From Eledone cirrhosa (taxonomy: Eukaryota): 64,000 nt of DNA. Both the position numbers and the translations under genes were made by a program. Below the pieces are notes generated by a model that saw only the letters and a list, made by a program, of their open reading frames with translations, searched no databases and was not told the DNA's origin. Shown piece after piece: positions 39,282 to 51,944 of the stretch (position 1 is the first letter of the stretch; every line of letters starts with the position of its first letter). The stretch covers positions 270,878,001 through 270,942,000 of the forward strand of contig OZ024742.1 of assembly GCA_964016885.1 (NCBI GenBank). The letters run 5' to 3'.

Positions 39282-42200
39282 CCACAGTCAACGCGATCAG
39301 TCGAATATTTTGACGTGGGAGACTATTTATTAAATTTAAGATGAATACTATGTCCGACAGTAATGCCACAACTACAGTCATGTTGAATAACTGGTTATTC
39401 TTCTAACTATATCTTCTGAAGACACATTTTATTTAAATTCGTAGAGATATCCGACTACATATTCATTTTACAATGATTTGCTACAAACAGCATGGCTGAA
39501 CACACCATCAACAACCGCATTAAGGAAGTATCGAAGACAAACAACGAGAAAGGTAAACAAAATCTTTTCAGTTGTAGCTACAGAAGAAACAGAAATTATA
39601 AATCGCATTTCTCTTGGAGTTGCGAACTTAATGATGATTTATTTAATTTTTATAAAATGGCAAAAAAACAATCCCTCTATTGGCTATATGAACACACTGA
39701 AGATACACTGGGACGAAATGCACCCAGAGCTAAATTATTTCACAGCGAAACAATTACGCCAACAAGTGACGTTCGTTCAACGAAAAAATAAGATAAATAT
39801 TATTAATTGTAAGTTCCCCACAACAAACATGAGATCAACAACACGTTCTACAGATCGCCATGCTACTAGACTTCCTATCAGCCAGGTCGAACAGTGCCTT
39901 GAAACAACTATGCCTGTAAGAAAATTGACACTACATAAACCATCTAAGTCTACCTCAAATGCTGGAGAAAACACTATCGATAATAATAATAATCGAAGAA
40001 ATTTGACATCCGAGTCTACCTCGACTGTTGTGGAAAATACTATCGATAATGATAATAATCAAATGTATAAACATTTGAACATTTCCCTCAACGATATCTT
40101 CCAGACAGAAATTAATTCATGTATAAATATCTCTCTTGCTGAACGTATTAAAACGACAATATTGAATAAAAGACCAAATAATGAAATATTACGAGTTATT
40201 GACAAAATAGGGGATGAATATTTGCGACGGATAAACACCTCAACATTTTGGCAAATCAACGCCTGTTTATATGCCTTAGCAACGTCAGTGAAGCATTATC
40301 TTGGTGATAGCAGAGATATTAACAAGAACAAAACACCACCAAAAATACCATCATATATAACTAAAATAGAAAAAAAGATTGCTGACCTACGAAAAACCAT
40401 AGTATATGTGACAATGCTCCTTACATGCAAACAAACACAAAAAACCTCACTCCTCACCAACAACGTGTAAAAAATAAAATAGAGACGATGTTTGGTAACA
40501 GTAGAACCAGAACTCTCCAATAAGAGCTGATCACCCTCAAACAAGAATTGAGAGCTGTTAGAGAAAAACACCGATACGCGAAGAAGGTAGTTGAGAGAAA
40601 AGTGCTTAATAAAAGATTCAGACGAAACCAAACATCAGTCTATAGAGATATGAAGAACAAAATAATAAGTGTCACTGAGGCCCCATCCCAGAAAGACATA
40701 GATTCCTTTTGGAGCAAAATATTGGATGAAAAGAAGAATTTCAACCAAAATGCAGTGTGGCTAAGAGAAATCCGAAAGAACTATTGCTCCTACACTACAA
40801 CAAAAACATACGAAATAAGTGAGGGTACCAGTGAGTCTGTGATAGGAACACTCCAAGATAAGAAAACACCGGCTACTGGAACAAAAAACTGATATTCTAT
40901 CGGAGGTGTCTTACTGATCTCTACCAACACGTTCTTAATGGAGATACATTTATACCAGAATGGTTGACATTATCACAAACATTACTGGTCCCCAAGAGCA
41001 AAGACACATATTTGGCAAAAAACTACCGAGCAATTGCATGGCAGAACCTGATGTAGAAGATGTATACAGCCTGCCTGAACCTATTCCTCCAAGATCGCTG
41101 TGAAAATAATAACATCATCACAGATGAACAAGCAGCTGGTAATAAAACTGCGATATCGAGGGTACGACAACTTAAGAGGAATATGGATACTGCCTGGCCG
41201 GACTATAGGAAAGCTTTCGATTCTGTTCCCCACTCTTGGATGATAGAGGCCCTCTAACTTGCTAAAGACCCATACATTATTATCAGAGCCATAGAGAAGC
41301 TGTCTTCTTCTTGGGCTACTATCGTAAGGTTAAAAGCAGAGAAGGAGGACTCTATTTTCACTGATAAAATAAAATATCGCAGAGGTATATTTCAGGCAGA
41401 AGGTCTCTCAGTGATATTATTCATCCTGTAATTAAACCCCTCGTCCTTTCTGCTCAAGAATTGTGAAGGATACATCATAGGCTCACAGGAGGACAGAAAT
41501 ACGAACCTAACCCATAATTTCTCTGTGGATGATCTGAAACTCTATGCCAGGAACATGGATGGGGTTACAACGTTCTCAAAGCATATAGGAATGGAGTTTG
41601 GCCAAGATAAATGCTCATAGATGACGGTAAAGCGGGGAAAAACAACCCAATCTAGCAACTGTCATAAATGGCCTAACTGTTTCATCGATATCTGATGAGG
41701 ACTGCTACAGATACCAGGGGATAGATGAGAACATATCCTATAACGGTATCCGTAATAAGGAGCGTGTAACCAGGGAATACGACACCCGATTAAGAAAGAT
41801 TTGGTCATCGGAACTCTCTGCGCAAAACAAAACAGTGGCTCACAATGTGTTTACTGTGCCTGTCCTAACACCAACGTTTGGAATACTCAATTGGACGATA
41901 GACGAAATCCGAGTAGTTGATGTTACAACTCGAAAATACTAAACAACACCTGAAAGTTCCACATCAACAGTGACATAGACCGCCTTTACTTGAAACGTAA
42001 GCAGGGAGGCAGAGGCCTAACATCAGTGCAGGAAGCATTTGAATATCGCATCATATCCCTCCGACAACATCTACGAATATCTAAGCGTAGGAGCCCGTCT
42101 CTCGGGCAAGTCTATCTGCATGAAACAGATAAGATCATGAGAGTTGGGAAGGTACTTCTCGTGAGATATTCCCTGTGTGATAATGAAAAACTCACACCCA

Positions 42201-43400
42201 GGGAAGTCGCTCAGCAGTATCGCAGTGAATCCATGTTTGAAAAACTGCATGCTTATCAGCAAAAATCATGCAAGGATATGTTGCCAGGAAGCTCCAGAGT
42301 GAGTGTAATATAGATAAGGAAAGTAGTCTATCTTGGACCAACAACCGCTCTATTGGATCCCACTTACCACTTTGAAGGATACGCTTTTGTAATCCAAGAA
42401 CAGGAAATTAACACGAAATACCTGATTCACAAAAGAGATAGGTATGCAGGCAAAACACCCAGTTGTGATAACAAGTGCAGACTCTGCAGAAGTAACATCG
42501 CAGATATCATCCATTTCATCAGCAGCTGTCCAAAGATGGCATCGCGGTACTATCTACCTGTGAGGTAGATGTAGTGGCCAAAACACTGTACAATGCAATC
42601 CGTAGAAAAGATAGCCGCGATCATTAACACATTAAAATCTACACAGTGTGGAAGACATCCATGTACATAATATGAAAGAATACTGGTGGAATGTTACAGT
42701 AAACAACCCAATAAAATGCAGGCATAATAGACCAGATATTATCATATGGGACAGGGAGAAGAAAGCATGCCGAGTAATGGAAATTAGCTGCCCAGCAGAT
42801 GCCAATATAATATCAAAGATTAGCGAAAAGGAGAATATTTATGCAGAACTGATGAGAAATCTGCAGATACTCCACCCTGATTACACCTTCAGATTTATGC
42901 CTGTGATTATTGGGGCACTGGGGTATGTAAGTAACTTCCTCAATATAATTCTTGAGAAGCTAGGCTTCACAGGAACAGAAAGAACACAACTAGTTAGGAA
43001 ATTACAAGTACAATCCATTAATGGAACAGTAAAAATATGTAAAACATTCCAAAAATGTTGCATCTAATAACTGCATATACACATGTACAGATACAAAGCA
43101 TATACACATGCACACATAACACTCATAACATAGACGTCCACACATACAATAACATCCATATCTACACATGCATGCATGCATACATAATCTACCTAGTTGA
43201 TGTGTTAATTCCAATGAGAGAGTCTTGTGTCTATGTTAGAAATCGACTCTATCTCTTTTGGGGAAAAAATTGTGAAATTATAAAACCAGAAGAATATACA
43301 TATATACGTACATATATACATATATACATATATACATATATCCGTACATACATATATACATATATGAATATATACGTACATACATATATACATACATACA
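39282..43400 (+). mobile_element. Near full-length degenerate R4/Dong-like non-LTR retrotransposon (RT, CCHC, RLE)
   Basis: NYRAIA, DYRKAFDSVPHSW, RGIFQ..LS, VDDLKLY, RLYLKRKQGGRGL, CRLC..HFISSC, HNRPDIIIWD..EISCP; ends in a degenerate (TACA)n tract. Confidence 0.9.
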
Positions 43401-44129
43401 TAAATAACTGCCTACTTATTATATTCATGGACTATTTAATTTTGCCTCTACAATGACGTGGAAATATAGACAATTCAATTCGCCAATCTATCTTGAGGTA
43501 TTTCTATGAAAAAGTACACTGTGCTACAGTAATGAAAATGTCAGCGCGTTTTATAGTTATAATTTAATTTTGCTTCATTTTAAATGTGAGTATACTTCAG
43601 AGACAAAGCCTATATTTTGCGGGCATTCTTTATTTTACTTCAATCTATTTTAATTTATAGAATGCCTTGATATTTGCACTTTCAGTTGTAAAATTAAAAG
43701 AAAGAATTAACGGTTAGAATTCAAGATTGCTTCATTAATTCTTTGTCTCTTCAAACATTGATAGAAATATATATGAACAGCTTTTATGTGACTGTAAGTA
43801 AAATACTAATTCTTGTTGATCTTAATTCTTGTATATATTCTCTAACGTTTGAACAACTTCATTGTTTGAAGTAATTTAACGTTTGAAGTAATTTCATAAA
43901 AGTTGATTTTCTTTCAAAATCAACTTAATTATTACCAAAGCAAATGGTACATTTAGCAATATATTTATTTACGTCCTGTATATATTTTGTGTTTTGTATT
44001 TCGAAACATTTATAGAAATTCAACTGGACAAATAGTTTAGAATTATTTTATGCACATATATACATACATGAATCAACAAGATACATACACACAGCAATGA
44101 ATATGTATATTTGTACATATTACGAATGT

Positions 44130-47100
44130 ATGAATGTATAGTATATACAGAAAGGACAATAGATATTCCATTCATTTGAAATCTTTTAAATAATGCTTTC
44201 TCTATTAAGCTCAAGGGTTGACATAAACCAGGGCAAGTGTCCTGTCCAAGTTTTCGACCTCCAATTTACAGGCACATACTCAGACAAGGCCCATTCATTC
44301 GGCCAATTTTTACCTCTCACCCATTTTTCAACAAATTTCTGGCAAGAGAGTACTTCTATCACCACCCTGCCTTTCCTTTTCAAATAAAATTTTAAAAAGT
44401 TAATCCAGGAATCACCGGAGAGGTAAGTGCTCGTCTTCAGAACTTTCAAATGCGTCCAACACACGACCTCTTTTGCCAAGTCGGCCTGGCAGATAAAAAC
44501 AGTCGGCCCTTCGCGGCTGAAGGAACGTGGCGGGGCAATCCTTACGATGGACTCAGCTGATAGCCGGATCCGTCCTACTTGCAACAGCAGGGATTCTACA
44601 TAAACACACAAGTCAGCAATGCTCGGACGTGGGACGAGTGCGTGGAGGGCGATTTGGTCAACAAGATGGACAGCCTGATCATCGGAGCATGTCCCTTCCA
44701 AAATAAAGCGAAAACGCAAATGCCTCAGCAGAGTTAGGCGGCGTTTAGGAGAAGGCGCGGCGTCAGGCGGTAGTAGATGACGAACGTTATGTACGCGTTC
44801 GCCAGCTCCAATTCACCTTTCGGGGATAGCTTTCTTTCGGCCAATTTCTAGGCGACAGGGGGCCGACCTTCTCGTCACCTCTTCCCAGTTTTTGTCCCTC
44901 TGGAGGTCCGGACCGAACCTGACGCCTAGCAATTTAATCGGTCCGTCCGTCCAGCGTCGTCTTGAATTTCCAGGTGCCGAGCCGCAGGCCCACCGATTTT
45001 TCCTGGTTGATCATTTCTCCTGTCACCGCCTCGTGTTCTCTTAGTGTTGTGCCGATCGACTTGATGTGCTTGCCGTTCGACACGACTACTGTGACGTCGT
45101 CTGGAAATACTGACACGGTCCTTCCGCATCAACGTACGCACGGGATCCCCTCAACGTCTCCAGTTCGTGCAGTAATGGATCGAGCGTCAATAAGTACAAC
45201 AGGGACGAAATGGAACATTATTGGTGAACCGTGCGCGTGATATTGAACGGTTCCGAAAGGTGACCGTTGACTCTCACCAAAGAGCAGATGTCGCTGTGCA
45301 TGGCAGCGATCCAGATTGATGAAGGACCCATCGGTTCCACTTTCCCTAACTCCACACTCTCAGATGCATCGCATGAGGTGGAGGTTGTCGTTGATGGATC
45401 TGTCTGGAATAATGGCGTATATGTGCGCCTCTCCCACTAGACAAACGACGGCAAGCTCCAACCTCTTTGCTAGCATATTGGCCAACATCTTGAATTCCGT
45501 GTTTAGCAGAGTTATTCGCCTGAAATTATCTATGTTATCCTCCGAACGAGGAGGATAAGATAGATGAGCGCCACCGCTTCTCGGGTCACGTAGCTGAGAA
45601 TACACACGTTCTACTGCCAGTTTGAGTAGACGTCCGGTAAGGGGTTTCCAACAAGTCTGACATGTGTACGTAAAGTTCGTAAAGCAGAACATCCCAAAAC
45701 AGACGATTGACCTATTGTGCAGCCAGTCATTGCCTGCCGTATTTCAGCGGCTGTTATCGGATCTTCGCAACACTCCGCCTCAGCGGCCGAGAGCCGCAGC
45801 AGTCCGTCGAGGTAGGCACTAAAGTCCATCCCTCGATCTGTCCCACCGCTGCCCGGAACAGCTGAGCGAAATGTCGCTGAAAAGCTTCGCGCATTTGCCC
45901 GGGATCGAGTAGCATGCGCCCGTTGTGGTCCACCAAACTCCGGATCGTGGCTTTATTGCCACGAGGCGCCACCACCACTCAGGCCCATTGAACGGCCTTC
46001 GCCCCCTCGTGTCTGAGAGCACGCATCCTAGCTCTGACAAAGCAGCCTTCGTGCTTTGTATTGAAGAATTGGTCAAGGGCCAATTTCGCCGCAAGTACGT
46101 CGGTCGCGATGCCTTTACTTAGCGCCTCGTCTAATTTTCTAACTAGTTCTCCCTCTGCTCTATTTTTCTCTATTGCTAAAGCCTTACTAAACCTCATGGA
46201 CTCTATTCTAATCGCTCTTTTCAAAGAAAACCACCATTCGTTGTTGACGATGGCTCCCGTCAACGCCCGCTTAACTAATTCATTAATCCGGTCTCCGAAG
46301 GCCATCCGTGCTGGTAAGGACGCGTTTAGCTTCCAGTATACGGGTCCCTGTCTATGAAGCCTATCTAAGTCAACCTCACAGATCACGAATTTGTGGTCCG
46401 TGTAGTCGACTATTTTGAAATGTGGACAGCCTATGCTTAGACCTATCTATTTCCCTTCAAAATACCCTATCTAGATATGATCTGGATGACCCGATGCAGT
46501 TTGTCTATGTCCACATTGGCACATTCGGGAAATCCAGACGGTTCCTATCAGTAAGTTGAAACCGTCTGAGTATGTTTGCGAGGCATTTACACCCTCCTCC
46601 CCTACCCGCTAATTCCACACAGTCCCAACGTGCATCTAAGATCCCGTTCCAGTCGCCCACTAACACAAAAGGCGGGACGTTTGAAGAAAGGTCTCCAGAC
46701 GCTTGAAGAAATCAGGCCGCCATGCTCCTGTCGGACAACGACCACCACGAGCCCGAAAGCTTGCTCGTCTCCGCTGGTCACGTGCAGCACCACCAACTTA
46801 CGTTCTGGGTCCAGGAAGATGGCCCGTATGGCGTGATCCAAACCTCTACGAAAAAGCACAGCAACTCCTCCACCCGATCCAGGACGGCTGGGAGATGCGT
46901 ACACATCTTAGCCACCGAAGATCAGTGCAAAGGCCCGTGCTTCGGAGATTCTGGTCTCACTGATGACCACCACATCTATGTTTAGTGACCTGAGGTCGTT
47001 GAGCAGGTGTCCCTGCTACATTGACGGCCCCAGGCCACGCGAATTTATGCTGCCTATTCTGAGTCAGGTCATGTTGAAAAGGAGTGTAAAAAGATGGGAA

Positions 47101-49412
47101 AGACCACTTACCTCAGTTCTCGTAGAGGAAGGATGGTTTCACCGTCCTTCTCACTGCTTGTGGTCTCCTCCGGAAGGATGTCCTTATAAATCCTCCTGGA
47201 GACTGTTTGTCGGAAGTCTCTGATGTGCTAGGGGAATTTTAATTTTAGTGTCATGTAAGTTTTCTGTGTGATTTGTATCTGTGGAGGTAGTGTGAACTTT
47301 TGGGGTGTTGTGTAGTCTTTTTCTGTGATGCTGGTGTTGTGTTGGATGTAGTTTAATAATTGGTTGTTGTTCAAATTTAATTGTTTCTACATTAGGCACA
47401 CGGCCAGCAAATACCCAGTGCATTACTGGTACTTTATTTTATCGACCCCGTAAGGATGAAAGGCAAAATCAACCTCGGCGGGATTTGAACTCAGATCGTA
47501 AAGGGACGTAACTATGCTGGAAAGCATGGCGTCCGACCCTATACCGATACTGCAAATCCACCGCCCTTCAAATTTAATGCTGTGTAGTGTGTATTGTTTT
47601 GGTTGTTTTGTGTTGTTTGCGTTTGTTGTGGGTTTGTTTCTGTTTCGCTTTTTGGTGACTTTTGTGGTGTTTGGTGATGGTGGTGTTGGTGTTTGTGGTG
47701 ATTGGGTTGGTGATGCTGGTGTGGATGGTGGCATAGCTGTCCTAACTTTTTTTTAAATATTTTATTTGTTTCCTTCTGTATTTTGTTTTTGGACGATGAA
47801 GGAAGGGGATTTCATCTTTTTTGGCTTCTTTTTCTTTTTTTCTTTTTTTTCCTGATACAGTTTCCCACTCCTCGTCACAATCTGTCTCAACTTGCGATAG
47901 ATCGGGGAGTTGAAAATCCTCCACAGGCGTTGGTTTGGTTGTGGTGTGGTGGATGGTGTAGGCGCTGGTGCTATTTCTGGCGCGGTGTGTGATGGTGGTG
48001 TTGATTTTGTTACTGTTGCTGGGGTTGTTGCTGCTACAGTTGCTTCTGTTGTTGCTACCATTTCTGCTGCTGGTGGTGTTGATGGTTGAGTCACTGGAGT
48101 GGGTAAGAGAATGGCCTCAACTTTTTAGCCTGAGGGCAGAAAGCCTTTGGGTGGGTTCCTTCACCACAGACGACACACCTAGGCCTTCTACCCTCGACGA
48201 TTACTGTGAGGTGGCTGCCGTCAGTGAGGGCTATTTCTTCTGGGATTTCCTCAATGCTTTTTTGTTCCGCATGGATCAGGAGCTCCATCCCAGCTTTGCT
48301 TTTGATATTTCAATTATTTTGGTGCTGGCCTCGATGCCAGCGAGGGCGGCAACCATTACCCAGGAATTTCGATTGCCGGTAGGACGTTGGTCACCCTGAT
48401 CTTCACGAGTCTCTGGCCACAATAGATTGGGGACGAGTGTGAAGTTGTGGCTTCTTAATGGGTCCATGTAGTGCTCTCTGGCCTCCTGTGGTGTTCCAAA
48501 GAAGACGTCCACGGTTCCATATTTCTGCCCACCTCTGATGTGGGTTTTTTCCGGCCACACATGTCCCAAAGCTTTTTGGATTTGTGACTCGGCTGCCCGT
48601 TCCACTCGGCGTGATTTTGTGTTAATCGTCCGATAAGACACTGTGCATAGGCGGCGATGCTCCATTTTATTATTTGGGTGAGGCTGACCCTGTACCCATC
48701 GTTCTTCACCATTCTCTTGGCTTCATTTAATTCTTCCTGAATTACCTCGATTGTTTCGCATTTCTTCGCTGCTTTGGCAAACGACAAATTTGTGATAGTG
48801 TTGATGTTTTTGTTGTTATTCTCATTGTTGTTGTAGCTGTTGTCGTTATTATTATTTTTGTTATTGTTATTTTAGTTTCAATTGTGGTGGTAGTGGCGTC
48901 AGTGGTGTTCGGTGTGGAAGAGTCGATTCTGGGTGAATCCATTTTGATGTCACGAGATAATAATGTATTTTTTCTTTTGTTTCTGTTGTCGCTGTGGTGG
49001 TGTTGGGGGTGGCGGCTTTAACACCTGCAGTTTTTGGTAATGGCGGGAAATGAATGTATGCATGAAACAAATTTAAATTATTGCTACTGCTTATATTTTT
49101 AGTGTTGGCAGACGTAGTAATATTTACAATGGTGGTGTTCGTGTGAGGTGTTAGTTTGTGAGGAAGGCTGTCAGCCTGGTGTAGCTGTGAGTCGTCCATA
49201 ATTTGTTCAAATAAATTTGTGTATGATAATTATAAAGATTTAAATTTTGGGCTCAAGGCCCCAATCTTTTTGAGTGTCCTTTTCCGAAAGCAATATATGT
49301 GACCTTATAAAGACTTAACAACAAAATGTTTCCATAAATGGCAATTTTAAACAACTGAAAACAACAAACCTTTGCGGAGATCACGATAATACGATTTCCT
49401 ACGTAGGTCGCC
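44130..49412 (-). mobile_element. Near full-length degenerate Tx1-clade LINE (ORF1 plus APE-RT ORF2)
   Basis: ORF1 ~47740-48790 with CVVCGEGTHPKAFC knuckle. ORF2 from ~47070: IGSINSRGLG, GGGVAVLF, YWKLNASL, NFRRITLLNTEFKMLA, FPDDVTV. Homologous to 1-3095. Confidence 0.9.
47382..47566 (-). mobile_element. SINE family A, full length, inserted in the Tx1 element
   Basis: 12-bp TSD ttcaaatttaat at 47370-47381 and 47567-47578. Confidence 0.92.
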
Positions 49413-50237
49413 AATAATAATAATAATTATAACAATAATAATAATTTTCTGTTTTGCATTTTAGCCAATGGGGGCAGATATTGCCTAGGACACCAGCCAC
49501 ATGTCATTTACTATCCGCCTGAAACTAGCGTAAAGCTCTCACCCCTCCCGACTCTGTATTAATATATCTACACATATCCTACCCTTTCCTCCCTCTTCCA
49601 TCTCTTAAATTTCCTAATCATTACCTTCTTCATCTCCTTCCTCTTTATTTCTCTGCCTACTTATGTATTTCAATCTAAAATGCTATCATCACTATATTTC
49701 ATCTGTTTCTTCCTCTTTTTCTGTTTTCTTATCTTTATCACATTTTCCATTTCCTTTTTATTTTCTTATTTTATTTATTTTTTCCTTGTTCCCCTTTTCT
49801 GTTTCATTTAATTCTTGTTTGCCTTCTATATTACTATATATGTGAAAAATAACTTATTCCACTTTTAAAAATCATGGTGTGAACATATGATTTTTACGTA
49901 GGTGGAATCGATTTAATTTGATTGAAATAGTCAAACATTAGCGATCCTAGAATGATATGTAACTCATACAACAAAGCACGAGTCAGTGTTATGCAATAAA
50001 TGCTATTCCAACTCTTCTGCAATGTGATGTCTTAAATAACAATGTAGTGAGTTGCTCCTCCGTAAATTGTTGCACTTGATAACTATAGCGGAACTACCAC
50101 AGGATTTACCAAAAGAAATAATTCGACCGTTGGGTATAACAGTACAGTAAACTGCTTCTGATTCTTGTTACATATTCAAAATAATTGATTACCCTAACGG
50201 AAACTAATTAAAGCTATAATTCTCTCGCTCTCACTCA

Positions 50238-50280
<43 letters not shown>

Positions 50281-50306
50281 TCTCTCTCTCTCTCTCTCTC
50301 CTTCTT

Positions 50307-50347
<41 letters not shown>

Positions 50348-51465
50348 ATATATATATATATATATACGTATCATATCTATATGCATATATATTTGCCTTT
50401 TATATCAATATGCATACTACATAAGTCAGCAGAAAACCATCCGTGGGCGGTTTTTCTGCTAGTTTATATAGTAATAAAAGAGACTATAGTGTAAGAGCTC
50501 ACTCTTTTCATAAAACTAAAAAAGATAAAATAGTTACAGAAGCAGAGCTTTTGATACTGAAGATTTATTAAGACTAAAGAAAATTATTATTTATTTATTT
50601 ATTTATCCATTGCTATGGGCGTTTCAATGCGGCCAGGGTATCTCATCGAATTGTGGAGAAAAAACAGATATTATCAGTAAAATGACGCCATTATCGATGC
50701 TCTACACAAAACTGTATATCTTCAAGAAATATCCATACACAGTAACAAGAAATTAATACAAATCATAAGACATGATTCAAAGCAATGTGCATTCAAATAG
50801 AAAGGAATTGTAAATTTATAACTACAAAGGCATAAGATTGTGTGTATTTTTTGACATGCAAAAATAATTAAATATCAGTGACCCCAATAAAGAACCGTGA
50901 ATTAATACATATATGTATCCGTATTTTTATAAATAGGGTAATTTTTGAAGGTTTTAACTCAGATTTTAAACTAAACATATGGTCATTATTGAACAATGTT
51001 ATTTTCTCATATTATATATCTATGTCTCATTCATGAATATTGATATTTGCATTTTTATTATTCATTTCATATGAATTGTTAATTCAACTTAATATGACAT
51101 GACGTAAAGTTGTCACTGTATCCTCTTCTCTCTATATAGTACTTCCTCTCTCTTGAGTTTCTCTATCTCTATGATGAATTATTATCTCTCTGTTGCTTTC
51201 TTTTGCCTTTCTTATTTCATTCTTTTTTCTTTTTCATTTCCTCATATCTATTTATATATATCTTCCTTTTTTCTCTTTCTCCTTCTCTCTCTCCGTTTTT
51301 TCTTTCTCTCCGTTTTTTTCTTTCTCTCCGTCTTTTTTCTAACTGTGCTTAACACTATAACAAATAAAATAATTATAAACATCTCACTATCCAGACAGCT
51401 TCCAAAAATAATGGTCGCTTCTAATAGGGTACGTCAACATTATTTATAAAACTGTTTATATATTG

Positions 51466-51530
51466 TATTTTATCTGACGAAGGCATGCCATATTTTAATT
51501 TGGTATCCCTGAAATATGTATAATGAAATA
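51466..51530 (+). ncRNA. Type I hammerhead ribozyme
   Basis: tattttat-CTGACGA-aggcatgcca..tggtatccct-GAAA-tatgta-TA-atgaaata; 8-bp stem I. Confidence 0.83.
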
Positions 51531-51658
51531 AATATGGTTTTATAAATATAGTTTCCATTTATTTAATATCGTATATCTACTCCAAAAACTTGTCGAGTGC
51601 TTTATATCAGTTATAAAATATTTACTTGTTGTATCCCAACAATTTTAAATAAAACTTT

Positions 51659-51699
<41 letters not shown>

Positions 51700-51705
<6 letters not shown>

Positions 51706-51865
51706 AAGTAAGTGTGATAAGGAACCAGGTGGACCATAACGCACCAGAGTACTCGATACTATGAGTAGTAAAGTGGGTAATGGGAAGAGAGTCAGGACAC
51801 CGATGACTGTTCAGAAATAGCTGTTGAAATGGCCGGAGCTTAACCGTCGGGGTCCTGTCTCTTTT

Positions 51866-51869
<4 letters not shown>
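51700..51869 (-). repeat. Family H element, copy 4
   Basis: Same tail (gaaccaggtggaccataacgcaccagagtactc) and an internally deleted hairpin; TA tracts on both sides. Confidence 0.82.

Positions 51870-51944
<75 letters not shown>

Noticed and set aside
50551-50595. CTGAAGA..GAAA in AT-rich sequence
   Set aside because: No register gives both a UH site and stem I.
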